Shown here one piece after another: positions 39,401-52,430 of a stretch of 64,000 nt of DNA. The notes under the pieces are model-generated. The model was not told the origin of the DNA. It saw only the letters and a list, made by a program, of their open reading frames with translations, and did not search any database. The stretch's first letter is position 1; each line of letters opens with the position of its first letter. The stretch lies in contig NC_089429.1 in NCBI RefSeq assembly GCF_026210795.1, forward strand, positions 6,138,001-6,202,000, read 5' to 3'. The translations under genes were made by a program, and so were the position numbers. Source of the stretch: Rhizophagus irregularis. Lineage: Eukaryota.

Positions 39401-41151
39401 GGTAAAAATCCATGTTATTGGCTAATTTATTGTCATATGATTCAATTTAATGTGATCAGCAAATATTTTTTTTTTTGATAATTATTAGTAACTGTAAGAG
39501 AACATATTACATGATAAATAAGAAATACACGTTGAAATTTGATGAAAGAAACATCTATCACCAAATCTCTCCATATTAAAAATCTTCATATAGTAAAACA
39601 AAGTATACAAAGGCCTATATGCCAATATGTTCTAACTAAACTAAACTAATCAATAAACTGCCCTAATATTCCAATCAATGAGATCTATCCACTCCATCCA
39701 TGTCATTCCATTGTATTCCTCAAAAATCTTACCTGAACCATATGATAAAACAGCCCGTTTCTTAGAATCAAACGAAAAAACTCCCAAGAAATCCAAGATC
39801 CCTCCACAGATGGATAATGATTTATATATATATATATATATGTTGTGCCTCAGATCGATTCTTGCCTCAGATTGAAGCTCACGCACCTCAGATTGAGATT
39901 GTCATCTGACGCACCTTAATTGCTAATAAAAATGAGCTATAATTAAACATCAAAATTTCCAATTTTAATGTATTTTTAAGTACTAAGTAAACTTATTTAT
40001 CATTATTTTAAGTATACAATCCTATAATTTCAGATTAATTGGAATCATACTTATTAAATTTTTTCATTTGAAAAATGACTTAAAATTTAATGATTTTTCA
40101 GATAAAACACAAATATAAACTTCAATATAAATCGGATTTACATAAAAATTTCAGGAAACATGTAACTCATTATGGTGCACAAGTTTGTTTATGTTACAAA
40201 AAGTGGTTTAATTAATGAGAAAAAAAGTTTACTTATAACAGACTTTATTGAATGATTCAAATGAGGTGCGTCAGGTGACAATCTCAATGTAAGGTGCGTG
40301 AGCTTCAATCTGAGGCAAGAATCGATCTGAGGCACAACATATATATTTCACGTGTTGACTAAAATAAACTCTATCCACATGTGGTATTCTATATTTAGAA
40401 TAAATCTTCAATTTTGGTTTACTGGTTTACTGGCAACTCACCATACAGGACGCGCAAATCCAAAATAATTATCAACGTGATATGCTGCACTTTTCAGCTA
40501 AATTTATGCCGTTGTGATCGGCAAATATATGTAATGTGTTACTTTAAAAAAAGGAAAAAAAGCTTACTATGAAATTGGTAATACACTGCATAATAACAAC
40601 TACTCAAATTTTCGGAGGTTAGAATATTGTTTGTAGTAATTGTGTCTTTTGCATTGACACTAGTTGGTATTCGAAGGCGGGCACTCCATAACCTTCTTCA
40701 ATTCTTCGTTGCGCCATCTGATAAATGGTATTTACGAATGGTAATAGTGTAGTTGACGCTGAGGCGCCTTGAATGCATCAATTTTTGTTTGTCGTTGGGC
40801 GCATTGCTACCCGAAACAACGCTATTTAGAAATTGGTCTTTACAGATAGATTTCTTTTGTGGTGGGTTGTTTCTTTGGATTAGGGGAGTATTAATCATTC
40901 TGATTTGATCACGATAGAATCTCGCCAGTATGCATGAGGGTAGAAAAAGAAGTGATATGTTCGCCACATCGCTAGACATGATGTAAGCGGCAGGGTTCTA
41001 CAAGTTGTTCCACAACGGATATAAAATCCTAAACAAATCACATGGGAGCCTATAAAGTGATAATTTTAATGAATTTATTATCACGTGACAGAAATTATTG
41101 GCTAGCAAGTGTTGATCATCACGTGAAATTGCCGACCAATGGATTTTTACC
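39401..41151. mobile_element. TIR element nested in the 5.5-kb element
   Basis: ggtaaaaatccat / atggatttttacc, flanked by TA on both sides. Confidence 0.65.
39841..40339. mobile_element. Ginger-like MITE, TGT...ACA termini, ~75-bp TIR, inserted in (TA)n
   Basis: tgttgtgcctcagatcgattcttgcctcagattgaagctcacgcacct and its exact reverse complement; TATA on both sides. Confidence 0.85.
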
Positions 41152-43114
41152 TATATTTTATTGACTTTTTTCATTTTATTATAATTTTATACTAATTAAC
41201 TTTTATTTAATAAAAGAGATGACAAAAAACAAAAAAAAATATAAAAAAACAAAAAATACAAAACTCTTAAGAAACTGGTAGATTTGTCATTAAATAATAT
41301 CTAATACATCGAAAAAATATCTTGGATTAATTTTTTCGACTAATTTTTGATGATATTTACTACCTATTCAAGACCATTCTTTTAATACGTTACAACCTCG
41401 AAAAAGCATGCCATCGATAATTTCACGATTATGTTAAGAGACCGTCTGAAACCACATCATCACGTGTTGGATACCAAATTGTTGTAATTTGATGGTGATC
41501 ACTTAACCGCATAGTAACAAATCACGGGTTTCTGCAATGTAATAATATTACAGAATTTATTTTTGAATGCTAAATAAAAGAAATCATTATTCATTAAAGG
41601 AAGAGATACTTGATTATTTTAATAATCAAAATAAAGAAATTTATAATTGGTTATCTTAACAATCAAGATTATAATTCAATTTTTTACTTGGAATTTATAG
41701 TTTTATAGAATCAAAACAATTGGAAATAGTACGATGGTATTTAAACTAGTATTTATTAATATTTTGAATAAAATCATATATTGGCACAATATTTTGTTAG
41801 CTATTGTTATAAATATGACTATAGAACTTTATGAAATGATTCATTAACTTTTGGATATTTTAAAAGGGCAGCCAAGAAAAATTTGGCAGTCACACAATGT
41901 GTATAGGTCATCATTATAGCAATGTATTATTTAGTACTCTGAGTAAATTCAAACCTTTCTTTTTACTGGCATAAAAAAGTTGCAAAGAATGGAAATAGAG
42001 AGATATTAATCTTGGCTATTATTATAAAGTTGGAAAGGTGTTAAAAAAGAAAAAGATATAGATAAAGCAATTGGTATAAAAATCTGTAGAACAAGGGAAT
42101 AATAAATATGCTCAAAATTACTTAGAAGAATTAATGAAAACCAAGTAATTTATGTAAATTCATTTGTAATCTATTTATTAATAAATCATTTTTACTATAA
42201 ATATAATGTAAGTGTTTTAAAAGTTCAGGTTTGAGGTGTATTCGAATCCAACTTGTGTGTAAAAGTCATAACTTAGACTCAACTTGATCCAATTATAGCC
42301 TGATTCAGTTTGACCCACCAATTTGTATTTAAATAAAAAAATTTAAATTTTTAGTTAAAAATATAATAAAAATATTCAGGACAGTATTGATTCATCTTGT
42401 GTATAGTAGAGTAAGGAATAATTTAACTATTGTTTGCTTTAGTCAGATTAGCTTTTTTGTAAAGCTAATAAAAATTTTGCTATAAATAGGTGCACGCATC
42501 TACACATACATTATGTGTGTCTCTACTTTGACACTACCATTCTGAAAAAATAACTTCCAACATTGTATCCTTGGAAAAAATACCATACAGGTATATTTTT
42601 CATTATATATGCTGCTAATGTTCTTCACAAAAATTTTGTAGATGACTTTTATCATGATTTTTGAGTTTGTAATAAAAGAACTTATTATATATTAGCTGAT
42701 CAAAAAAATCTAATTTTTTTGGGGTGAAAAATATGATTTAGCATAATATGTTTCCTATTAAAAATAACTAAATAATTTCAAATTCAAAGTTTTTTGTATA
42801 ATTTCTTTATTACTGACATCCCATTAATGATGTATGAATTCAGCTATGTGTTTTCTGATTTGCCAAAAATGAAATTCTAAGTATTTAATAATAATATTTG
42901 TTCTAGTTGAATCATTAAATCAATTTTGCACTTCAAGTTCTTAAATTGCTAATAGCCACAAATTTACAATTAATCAAAAATTCTTAGCATTATATGCAGC
43001 TTATCTGCAATATAATGATATAAAGTATGGCAAGCCGAGCTGGACTAAACTATCAGGCATTGGGCGGGTGAAAAATCAAGCATGGATTGACAAAATGTTA
43101 CACCGTGCCTGACA

Positions 43115-43520
43115 TCTTACCTGTTCATGCTTGATATTCATCTGTCCGTGCTTGATATTTATCTGTACGTGTTTGATATTTTTATCTGTTCATGCTTGAT
43201 GTTTATCTATCACGTGCTTGATATTTTTATCTGTTCATGCTTGATGTTTATCTGTACGTGCTTGATGTTTTATCTGTACGTGCTTGATGTTTTATCTGTA
43301 CCGTGCTTGATGTTTATCTGTACGTGCTTGATATTTATCTGTACGTGCTTGATATTTATCTGTATGTGCTTGATATTTATCTGTACGTGCTTGATGGTTT
43401 TATCTGTACGTGCTTGATAGTTTTATCTGACCATGCTTGACATTTTTATCCGTCCGTGCTTTATGTTTTTATCCATCTGTGCTTGATATTTTTGTCTGTC
43501 TGTGCTTGATGTTTTTGTCC
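43115..43520 (+). repeat. ~20-22-bp subterminal tandem repeats (GTGCTTGATRTTTATCTGTAC)n; mirror array at 46740-47090
   Basis: About 18 units read directly. Confidence 0.9.
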
Positions 43521-44504
43521 AACTGTGTTTGATTTAATCCAACTATGTTCGATAATTTTATCTTTGTCAAAAATTAGTTTCTTTGTCAGCACAGGGTTGA
43601 TATATTGTCGGTCATATGTTTTTAAGTTTAGCATAGTTTTAAAAAAAATTTTTTTTTTTTATTGGCTTTTTTTTATAAACAAATTTTATAGAGAATTTTT
43701 ATTTTTAATATAGGCAAAGGCTTTGTTTGGTAGAATTTCTTTGGGAATTTTTTAATAAGATTTTTTTTGATAAAAAATTTCGTTAGAAAATTTTTTTCAT
43801 TGATAGGGACATTTCTAAGTTTTTTTTTTTTGATGATAATTTCGGAGAATTTTTTTTAATAAGATTTTTTTTTTGACATATACTTAATTTGTTGGAACAA
43901 TTTTTTTTTTTAACAGGAGAGATTTTTTTTTTTTTGATAGAGAATTTTATTAGAGAATTTTTTTTTTTTTGATAGAAATTTCATCATAGAATTTTTTTTT
44001 TAATAGGTAAGATTTTTTTTTTTTTTTTTGATAGGATCATTTCGTTAATAATTTTTTTAACAGGAGATTTTTTTTTTTGATAGAAAATTTTGGTAAAGAA
44101 TTTTTTTTTTAATAGGAAGGAAGTTTTTTTTTTATAGAAATTCTTTTGAGAACATTTTTTAATAGGTAAGAATCTTTGAATTTTTTTTTAATAGGGAAAA
44201 TGTATTTTTTGATGGAAGATTTTCGTTAAAAATTTTTCTTAATCAGGGATATTTTTTTTGATTGAGAATTTCATTAGAGAATTGTTGGTTGAAAAGCCTT
44301 TTTATTTTTTTGATGGAGAATTTTGTTAGAAGTCTCAATAGAAAATTTTATTGAAAATAGTTTTTTTTTAATAAGGGTATCGAGAATTTTGGCTTGAAAT
44401 TTTTTTTTAATAAAGAATTTCATTAGAGATTTTTTTTTTTATAAAAAATTGATTGAAAATTTATTGGAAAATTTTTTATTAAATTTTACAATTTTAATAA
44501 ATTT

Positions 44505-44960
44505 TTACTCCTCTTCATCTTCCCATCACTTCTTTTAATCTTCCATCGCTCCTTTTCGTCTCCCATCACTCCTTTTCGTCTCCCATCACTTCTTTTCATC
44601 TCCCATCACTCCTCTTCGTCTCCTATCACTCCTTTTCGTCTCCCATCACTCTTTTTCGTCTCCAATCGCTCCCTTTCGTCTCCTATCACTTCTCTTAATC
44701 TTCTCATCACTTCTTTTCGTCACTCATCACTCCTCTTAATCTTCTCATCACTTCTTTTCGTCTCCCATCACTCCTCTTCATCACCCATCACACCTCTTTG
44801 TCTCCCATTACTTCTTTTCGTCTCCCATCACTCCTCTTTGTCTTTCATCACTTCTTTTTGTCTCCCATCACTCCTCTTAATCTTCCCATCACTTCTTTTT
44901 TTTTATCTCCCATCACTCCTCTTTGTCACCCATCACTTCTTTTCGTCTTCTATCACTCCT
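44505..44960 (-). repeat. ~20-bp minisatellite, reverse complement of the 12015-12315 array
   Basis: (TCTCCCATCACTCCTCTTCG)n-like units on the plus strand. Confidence 0.9.
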
Positions 44961-47376
44961 TTTCATCTCTCATCATGTCCTATTTCTCCTTTTTGTTCCT
45001 ATCACTTCTCATTACTCTTTTTTACTCCCTTTCATCTTCTATTACTTTCCATTACTCCATTGTTATTTTATTTTTTTTTCCTTGATCATTGTAATTTACT
45101 TATCTTTTTTATTTATTGTTATTGTTTCTTTTATTTGTACATTTCAATAAAAATAAATATGGTGATTTTATTCTTTAAAATCGTAAATAGACTTAAATTT
45201 TAATATTTGTAAATAAAATTTCATTAAATAAGATTATTTTGAATAAATATGTTTGCAAAAAAATTTTTTTAAAAAATATCTTTTTAATAATAACCGATCA
45301 AAAATTAGATACATATTTGAAAAAAAAAACCCAGGCGATGATCGCCCTGGCGATATTTAGCAATCCCAATTTTTATTTATATATATTAAAAGTATTTAAA
45401 ATAGTAGATTTTCAAAAATGTTTTTATGCCAATTAATGATAAAAAGAAGAAACACTGCAAACAAATTTCTGCTATATACTTTTCTTAAAGTTAACATTAT
45501 TAACTTTTTAATTTATGTCGGCTCATGCGGAGCTTTACTAGTATATAAAATTTGCTTAATTTACTATGCTACTTAGGATTCTATCATAGTTTTTTTTAAT
45601 TTTATCTTGATCTTATTAATGTAATTTAGTATTTTTTTTAATTTTATAAAAAAAGATCTCTAATGAAATTTTTTATTTAAAAAAAAAAATTTCAAGCCAA
45701 AATTCTCGATACCCTTATTAAAAAAAAAACTATTTTCAATAAAATTTTCTATTGAGACTTCTAAGAAAATTCTCCATCAAAAAAATAAAAAAACTTTTCA
45801 ACCAACAATTCTCTAATGAAATTCTCAATCAAAAAAAAATTTCCCTGATTAAGAAAAATTTCTAACGAAAATCTTCCATCAAAAAATACATTTCCCTATT
45901 AAAAAAAAAATTCTTTACCGAAATTTTCTATCAAAAAAAAAAATCTCCTGTTAAAAAAATTATTAACGAAATGATCTATCAAAAAAAAAATCTCTCCTGT
46001 TAAAAAATTAAAATTCTATGATGAAATTTCTATCAAAAAAAAAAAAATTCTCTAATAAAATTCTCCGTCAAAAAATACTTTCACTTATTAAAAAAAATTC
46101 CCAAAAGAATTCTTTATCAAGGAAAACTCCCTCCTATTAAAAAAAAATTCTTAACGAAATTCTCTATCAAAAAAAAATCTCACTTGTTAAAAAAATTTTC
46201 TAGTAACGAAATTATCTATCAAAAAAAAAATCTTCCCTATTAAAAAAATTCTTCAAATAATTTTCTGCAAAAAAAAAAAGAAATTCTCAATTAATTCTCT
46301 ATCAAAAAAAAAAAATTTCTCCTGTCACAAAAAATTGTTAAGTATATGTCAAAAAAAAAATCTTATCAAAAAAAATTCTCCAATAAAATTTCTATCAAAT
46401 AAAAATTTTTAACGAAATTATCATCAAAAAAAAAACTCAGAAATGTTCCTATCAATGAAAAAAATTTTCTAACGAAATTTTTTATCAAAAAAATCTTATT
46501 AAAAAAATTCCCAAAGAAATTCTATCAAACTAAGCCTTTGCCTATATTAAAAGTAAAATTCTCTACAAAATTTGTTTATAAAAAAAAGCCAATAAAAAAA
46601 AAAAAATTTTTTAAAACTACGCTAAACTTAAAACATGTGACCAACAATATATCAACCCTGTGCTAACAAAGAAACTAATTTTTGACAAAGATAAAATTAT
46701 CGAGCATAGTTGGATTAAATCAAATACAGTTGGACAAAAACATCAAGCACAGACGGACAAAAATATCAAGCACAGATGGATAAAAACATAAAGCATGGAC
46801 GGATAAAAATGTCAAGCATGGTCGGATAAAACCATCAAGCACGTACAGATAAAACCATCAAGCATGTACAGATAAATATCAAGCACGTACAGATAAACAT
46901 CAAACACGTACAGATAAAACATCAAGCACGTACAGATAAAATATCAAGCATGTACAGATAAACATCAAGCATGAACAGATAAAAATATCAAGCACGTGAT
47001 AGATAAACATCAAGCATGAACAGATAAAAATATCAAGCACATACAGATAAATATCAAGCACGGGACAGATGAAAATCAAGCATAAACAGGTAAAATGTCA
47101 GACACAGAGTGACATTTTGTCTAGCCATGCTTGATATTTTATCGCGCAATGTCTGATAATTTTGTCCAACTCGGCTTGCCATAATAAAGAAATTAGAAAA
47201 CTAAGGCTGATAGTGATTTTACTAATAAATGATGGTTAAAATAAGCTGATTCAATTAATTCATATGATTTTCAATAGTGTAATCTTTATTTTTGTTACCA
47301 ATATTTTTTTAAAAAATTTAGCATTATTTCTTATTGAAATGATAGATGATGGCAAAATAGAATATCTGTAGTTTTA

Positions 47377-48660
47377 TATATTTCTTATTATATTTACTCT
47401 TATATATTTACCAATAAATTTCATCTTCTTCTTTTGGTATTAAAGAAAAGATATAGTAAGCCTACTTCAAAGAACCATTCTAATCTATTGTAGTATTTAT
47501 TATAAATAGTTACACCAGCTTAATTTTTAAAGTTCACTATGTAACTTTTTATATATTTTTTCATTATCCTACAAATATGATATCTGGATATCTATCTAAT
47601 TGCCTTTTACCTCTTCTATAAAACCATAATTAGTAATTTTATAGTTATTAAATATGAAACATCATATATATATGACTTCCTTTATATAAATCTTATGCAG
47701 CCAGTAACTGGTAAGCCTTTAATTGTAGCTAAAGTTGTTGGGATATCATCTACAGTTTCACCAAAATAAAAGATTCCTTAAAGTATTGAGAGAAATCTTT
47801 ACAAAAGAAAGGAACCTTTCAAAGAAAAAAATTGTGGATTAAAAATAAAGCTTAATTGTTTTTTTACAAGCCTCCATAAATTTTTTTTTGAAAGCCATCA
47901 TAATTTTTTTTTACAAGCCCATAAATTTTTTTTTTACAAGCCCTTATAAATTATTAATATTTCTATATACTGTGATGAAAAAATGGAAAAAAGGATAATT
48001 TGGTAGCATCAATAAACTTATATATTTCTTATTGTATTTACTCTTATATATTTACCAATAAATTTCATCATCTTTTGGTATTAAAGAAAAGATATAGTAA
48101 GCCTACTTCAAAGAACCATTCTAATCTATTGTAGTATTTATTATAAATAGTTACACCAGCTTAATTTTTAAAGTTCACTATGTAACTTTTTATATATTTT
48201 TTCATTATCCTACAAATATGATATCTGGATATCTATCTAATTGCCTTTTACCTCTTCTATAAAACCATAATTAGTAATTTTATAGTTATTAAATATGAAA
48301 CATCATGAATATATGACTTCCTTTATATAAATCTTATGCAGCCAGTAACTGGTAAGCCTTTAATTGTAGCTAAAGTTGTTGGGATGTCATCTTCAGTTTC
48401 ACCTTTAGTATTAAAATAAAAGATTCCTTAAAGTATTGAGAGAAATCTTTACAAAATAAAGGAACCTTTCAAAGAAAAAAATTGTGGATTAAAAATAAAG
48501 CTTAATTGTTTTTTTACAAGCCTCCATAAATTTTTTTTTGAAAGCCATCATAATTTTTTTTTACAAGCCCATAAATTTTTTTTTTACAAGCCCTCATAAA
48601 TTATTAATATTTCTATACTATACTGTGATAAAAAAAATGGAAAAAGGGATAATTTGGTAG
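47377..48660. repeat. Near-identical tandem duplication, period ~645-655 bp
   Basis: tatatttcttatt.tatttactcttatatatttaccaataaatttcatc at ~47377 and ~48021; both copies end gataatttggtag. Confidence 0.9.
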
Positions 48661-51569
48661 TACCAGTAAATCAAGCAGCAAGAGTAGGAGAATTACCAGA
48701 ATTACCAAAGGAGAACAAGATCCAAATGATTGGATTAGAGAATTTGAAGCAATATTTACAGAAATAAGCAATATTATTGGTGAAATTAGCTGAGAATATT
48801 TTATATTTTTCATCAGTTAATTGCTGGATTATTTTTATGGTCTAATGAGAGATATAACAGAAATCAGTTGGTATTCTTCTGGAGAATTTGTAGTCTTTTT
48901 TTTGTAGTATTTTTTTTAGTGACTCTTTCAAGAATATTGACCAGTCATTTCTATTTTATTTTAAAAAATCCTTCTTTATCTTAATAAAGGCTACTTCTAT
49001 ATATCTTAATAGCCTTGGTGATGGGACATCATACAAATTATAACAGTATTATTTTAGGTCTAACTATTTGGGTATTTTTTTTGTATTTTAAAGCTTATTG
49101 AAATTATCATTTTTCAGAGCATGAGTTCATTAAATATCTCCTCCAGCATCTAGTAGATAGGTATATTATAAATAATAAAATCATATCTTGAATTATTCTG
49201 AATCTTTGGTTTTAATGTCCAAGTATCTTATTATTAGTCTTTTTTAATAAAACACATGATTGATAATCTGATTGTTGTTATTTTTGCACAGATTTTTTGG
49301 ATTTATATTTCTTTTCATGATATTTTTATAGTATCACTTGGCTGAATTCCATTTCATCCTTTATTACATTTGTGATTGGTAATGTGTAAGCTACATTATT
49401 ACCTTAATCAGTATAGCAGTACTTTTGGTTTTAGTACCTGTAGAGTCTATAATAAGAAATTCAAAGACAGCAGATGCAGTTTTTAAAGTAAAGCTATATA
49501 TGAAAGATAGGAATACAGAACACCCTGATATTAAAGATGAAGCTTCAGAATCTTGGAACAAATTCATTGGAATTAATATCATCTTCCATACCCTATTATT
49601 AAAACCTGCATATTCAAAATCAAAACCCTTATCACTTATTACTATTGTTTCCTTAGAGATAGTTTTCTTCCAGTTCTTCCATGAAATAGTTTTTTTTAAT
49701 AATAGGAAAGGAGCTGGAACTTTACATTTCATCACTGTGTTAATAATAGTATTGATAGATTAGGCATTATTTTAAATGTTCAAGTATAAACTTGTATTGG
49801 ATTTCTAATTTAATATAAAAAGTTTGCTTTGTCTAACTTCTGTATTAAAAATTAAGAAACTAGCTGAAAGTGTGTTTGAAATAGCTGTAATCTTTCTTAA
49901 ATATTTTCTTTTTTTAGAAATCTTAAATTACATAGGTTCTGGGCATTTATTGATAAAGTATATTTGAAATAAAATTTTCAGTTATTGCAGAAATTGCAAA
50001 AAATTTCCTGTATATTGTTTTCATTAATTTGTCAATATTTAACATGACTATTTTTTGCTACTATTTTTATTTTTTTTTATTGTTTTTATTATTATTTTCT
50101 CAGTCCATTTTAGTTCTTCAGTATGAGTAAAGTCTGATTCAACTGCATCACCTTTAATTATTTGAAAACCTAAAGAATTTCATAACTGAATAAGAGAAGC
50201 ATCCAAAAGGATGATTCATCATTACTTGGAAGAACAAGAAATGGATGCGTATTTGAAAAATTGTGGTAGTGTATCTGTTTTCACCTTTCTTCATCTTCCA
50301 TTTTCTTAATATCTGATTTTTTTATTGTCTTTTGTATTTTAATTTTTTTTTTATTTAAATTATGACTTTGGAACTCTTTGTAATACTTGTTATTTTTTGT
50401 TAGATTTTAGCTTCTATTTAACCATTAATAATATGGAAAAAATTGTTGACCATTTAATAATTGGAATATAATTTTTCGTCAGTTAAAATTTTTTGCATTA
50501 ACATAGAATTCTTATTCTGGTTGTCTTTTTACTAATACTAATAGTGCTAGTTGCCTTTTTGTCAAAACTAGTTGTTGTTTCATTGTACTGGTTATCATTA
50601 TGTGTTATTTTTCCTATTATATTGCTTTATTGTATTATATAATAATAACAATAAAAAAATATTATATTTATAGTTACTATAGTTCAAAATTAAGAACTGA
50701 ATTAATATAAATATAAGAATAATATAAATTTAATATTTTTTTTTTTAATATTTTTTAACTCTAGTTAAGTCCCAATATGCATTTACTTTTTGTTATTTTT
50801 GAAGAATATTATTAATAATAATGAAAATGAAATTATCATCATTAATATTAGGAAATGATTCTAAAGAAAGTAAGATCTTGTATTACTTTTTCATCAATTT
50901 GTATTCATTATATTTACTGTGTCCTCTAATAAATTTATGTGTTGTGTAGTCTATTAAGAATTTTATCTTGAATTCTAACTTTTCAAATTTTTTTTATTTG
51001 CTACATTTATATATAACTCAGGATCTTTTATAGTTTACATATTCAGCCATAATTTTTTCATAATAATCAGTCAGAACTAGAGTAAAATTAGATTTCAATG
51101 AAGCCAATACTTTGTGTTATTTTGCTTTTAAGGCTTTTTGATTTTGTTATAAAGTAAAGGAGTGGTAACAGGTATGATGATAATAATATTAATAAAAAAT
51201 ATTTGAAAGTAAAAATTAACTATCTACTTCACAAATGATTTGGGCATATGGATTTTCTTAGATGAAAAATATTAATATTAGAAAATTATAAATCTAATAT
51301 TAGTTATTATAAATCAAAAGTCAAAAAAATTACATTTTTAACTTCAGGGTGAAGATTGATAAATGCAGGTTTAGGCTTATTTTTTCTTGTCCATATTTCT
51401 TTTAATCTTTTCAATTAATTTGTTTATCTTGAGTAGTTTGTAAATATTTTGTTTAGCTTACTTTTTTAGAATTTCTGACTTGTTAAAATTTTACAGGCAT
51501 GCACAAAATAAAGTATTTGGGAATTTTTATGTTCTATTGTATAAATACTAACAAATATCATCATATCAT

Positions 51570-52430
51570 AATGCAATGGCTTTTTCCATAATTACTTTTT
51601 ACTTGTTTTGAAGTTATCCAAATCAGTTGTTTAAGTCTAATAATTCTATTTCTATATTTAATGAATATTGCCATTTACCATTTGTTGATGGCCTCTATTC
51701 ATTTACTGAAGTTTTTGGAATTTGATTCAATTTGGAAAATTTTTAATTTACATAAAGATTGTTCCATAAATGCATTATTAGCAGATATTATAGCTTGTTT
51801 CACAATTACTTTTAACTTGTTTTGAGATATCCAAACCAGTTGTCTAAACCAAATATTCCAATTTCCATATTTAATGAATATTTCCATCTACCATTTGTTG
51901 ATAGCCTCTATTCATTTACTGGAATTATTTTAAACAATTTTTGAATCATATTTCTTGTTTTCGGAATATGATTTCAATTTGGAAAATTCTTTGTTGAAAT
52001 GAAGATTCTTCCATAAATGCATTATTAGCAGATACTATATTTCTTTTAACTTATTTTGAGGTATCCAAATCAGTTGTTTAAACCAAATATTCCAGTTTCC
52101 ATATTTTATTGAATATTTCCATCTACCATTTATTGATGGCCTCTATTTATTTACTGGAATTATTTTAAAAAATTTTTGAATCATATTTTTTTGTTTTTGG
52201 AATATGATTTCAATTTGGAAAATTCTTAATTGATATGAAGAATCTTCCATAAATGCATTGTTAGCAGATGTAATAGTTTGTTCATAACTTGTTTTAAGGT
52301 ATTCAAAACAGTTAAATATTTCAGTTTCTATATTTAATGAATATTGCCATTTACCATTCGTTGATGGTCTCTGTCCATTTACTGGAATTATTTTAGAAAT
52401 TTTTAAATCATATTTTTGCTTTTGGAATAT
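51570..52430. repeat. Four diverged tandem units of ~210-235 bp
   Basis: ccat.taccatt..ttgat.gcctctatt.atttactg at ~51672, 51883, 52118, 52347. Confidence 0.85.

Larger units (their letters stand above)
36065..41539. mobile_element. 5.5-kb non-autonomous TIR element (CATTGCAGAAA), 2-bp TA TSD
   Basis: cattgcagaaa at 36065 and tttctgcaatg ending at 41539; excising the element with one TA restores the host frame agt gta ata gtt aat aat att aca gaa ttt att ttt. Confidence 0.8.
34510..42148 (+). pseudogene. Tyrosine-kinase-like kinase plus Sel1-repeat pseudogene, disrupted by nested insertions
   Basis: SGFGKVYRAKWK across the hAT MITE, DFGLSKRI (~35445), PYMDPK, KSDVYSIGVLLWEISS (~35563-35610); SVIV|NNITEFIF across the 5.5-kb insertion; ILDYFNNQ..EIYNWL..NSIFLLG (~41605-41692); Sel1-like FYWHKKVAKNGN and WYKKSVEQGN; stop at 42148. 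Confidence 0.85.
43026..47183. mobile_element. Complete 4.16-kb foldback element, TATGG...CCATA termini, 6-bp TSD ATAAAG, ~1.4-1.5-kb TIRs; IS3EU-like, non-autonomous
   Basis: tatggcaagccgag at 43026 and ctcggcttgccata ending at 47183; ataaag at 43020-43025 and 47184-47189; arms ~43026-44445 and ~45645-47183 are complementary. Confidence 0.92.

Noticed and set aside
43127..45436. ORFs 43127-43417, 44798-45203, 45239-45436
   Set aside because: Translations of tandem repeats and the foldback loop
49391..49763. 114-aa and 112-aa overlapping ORFs
   Set aside because: No recognisable motif; they lie in decayed CpG-poor DNA
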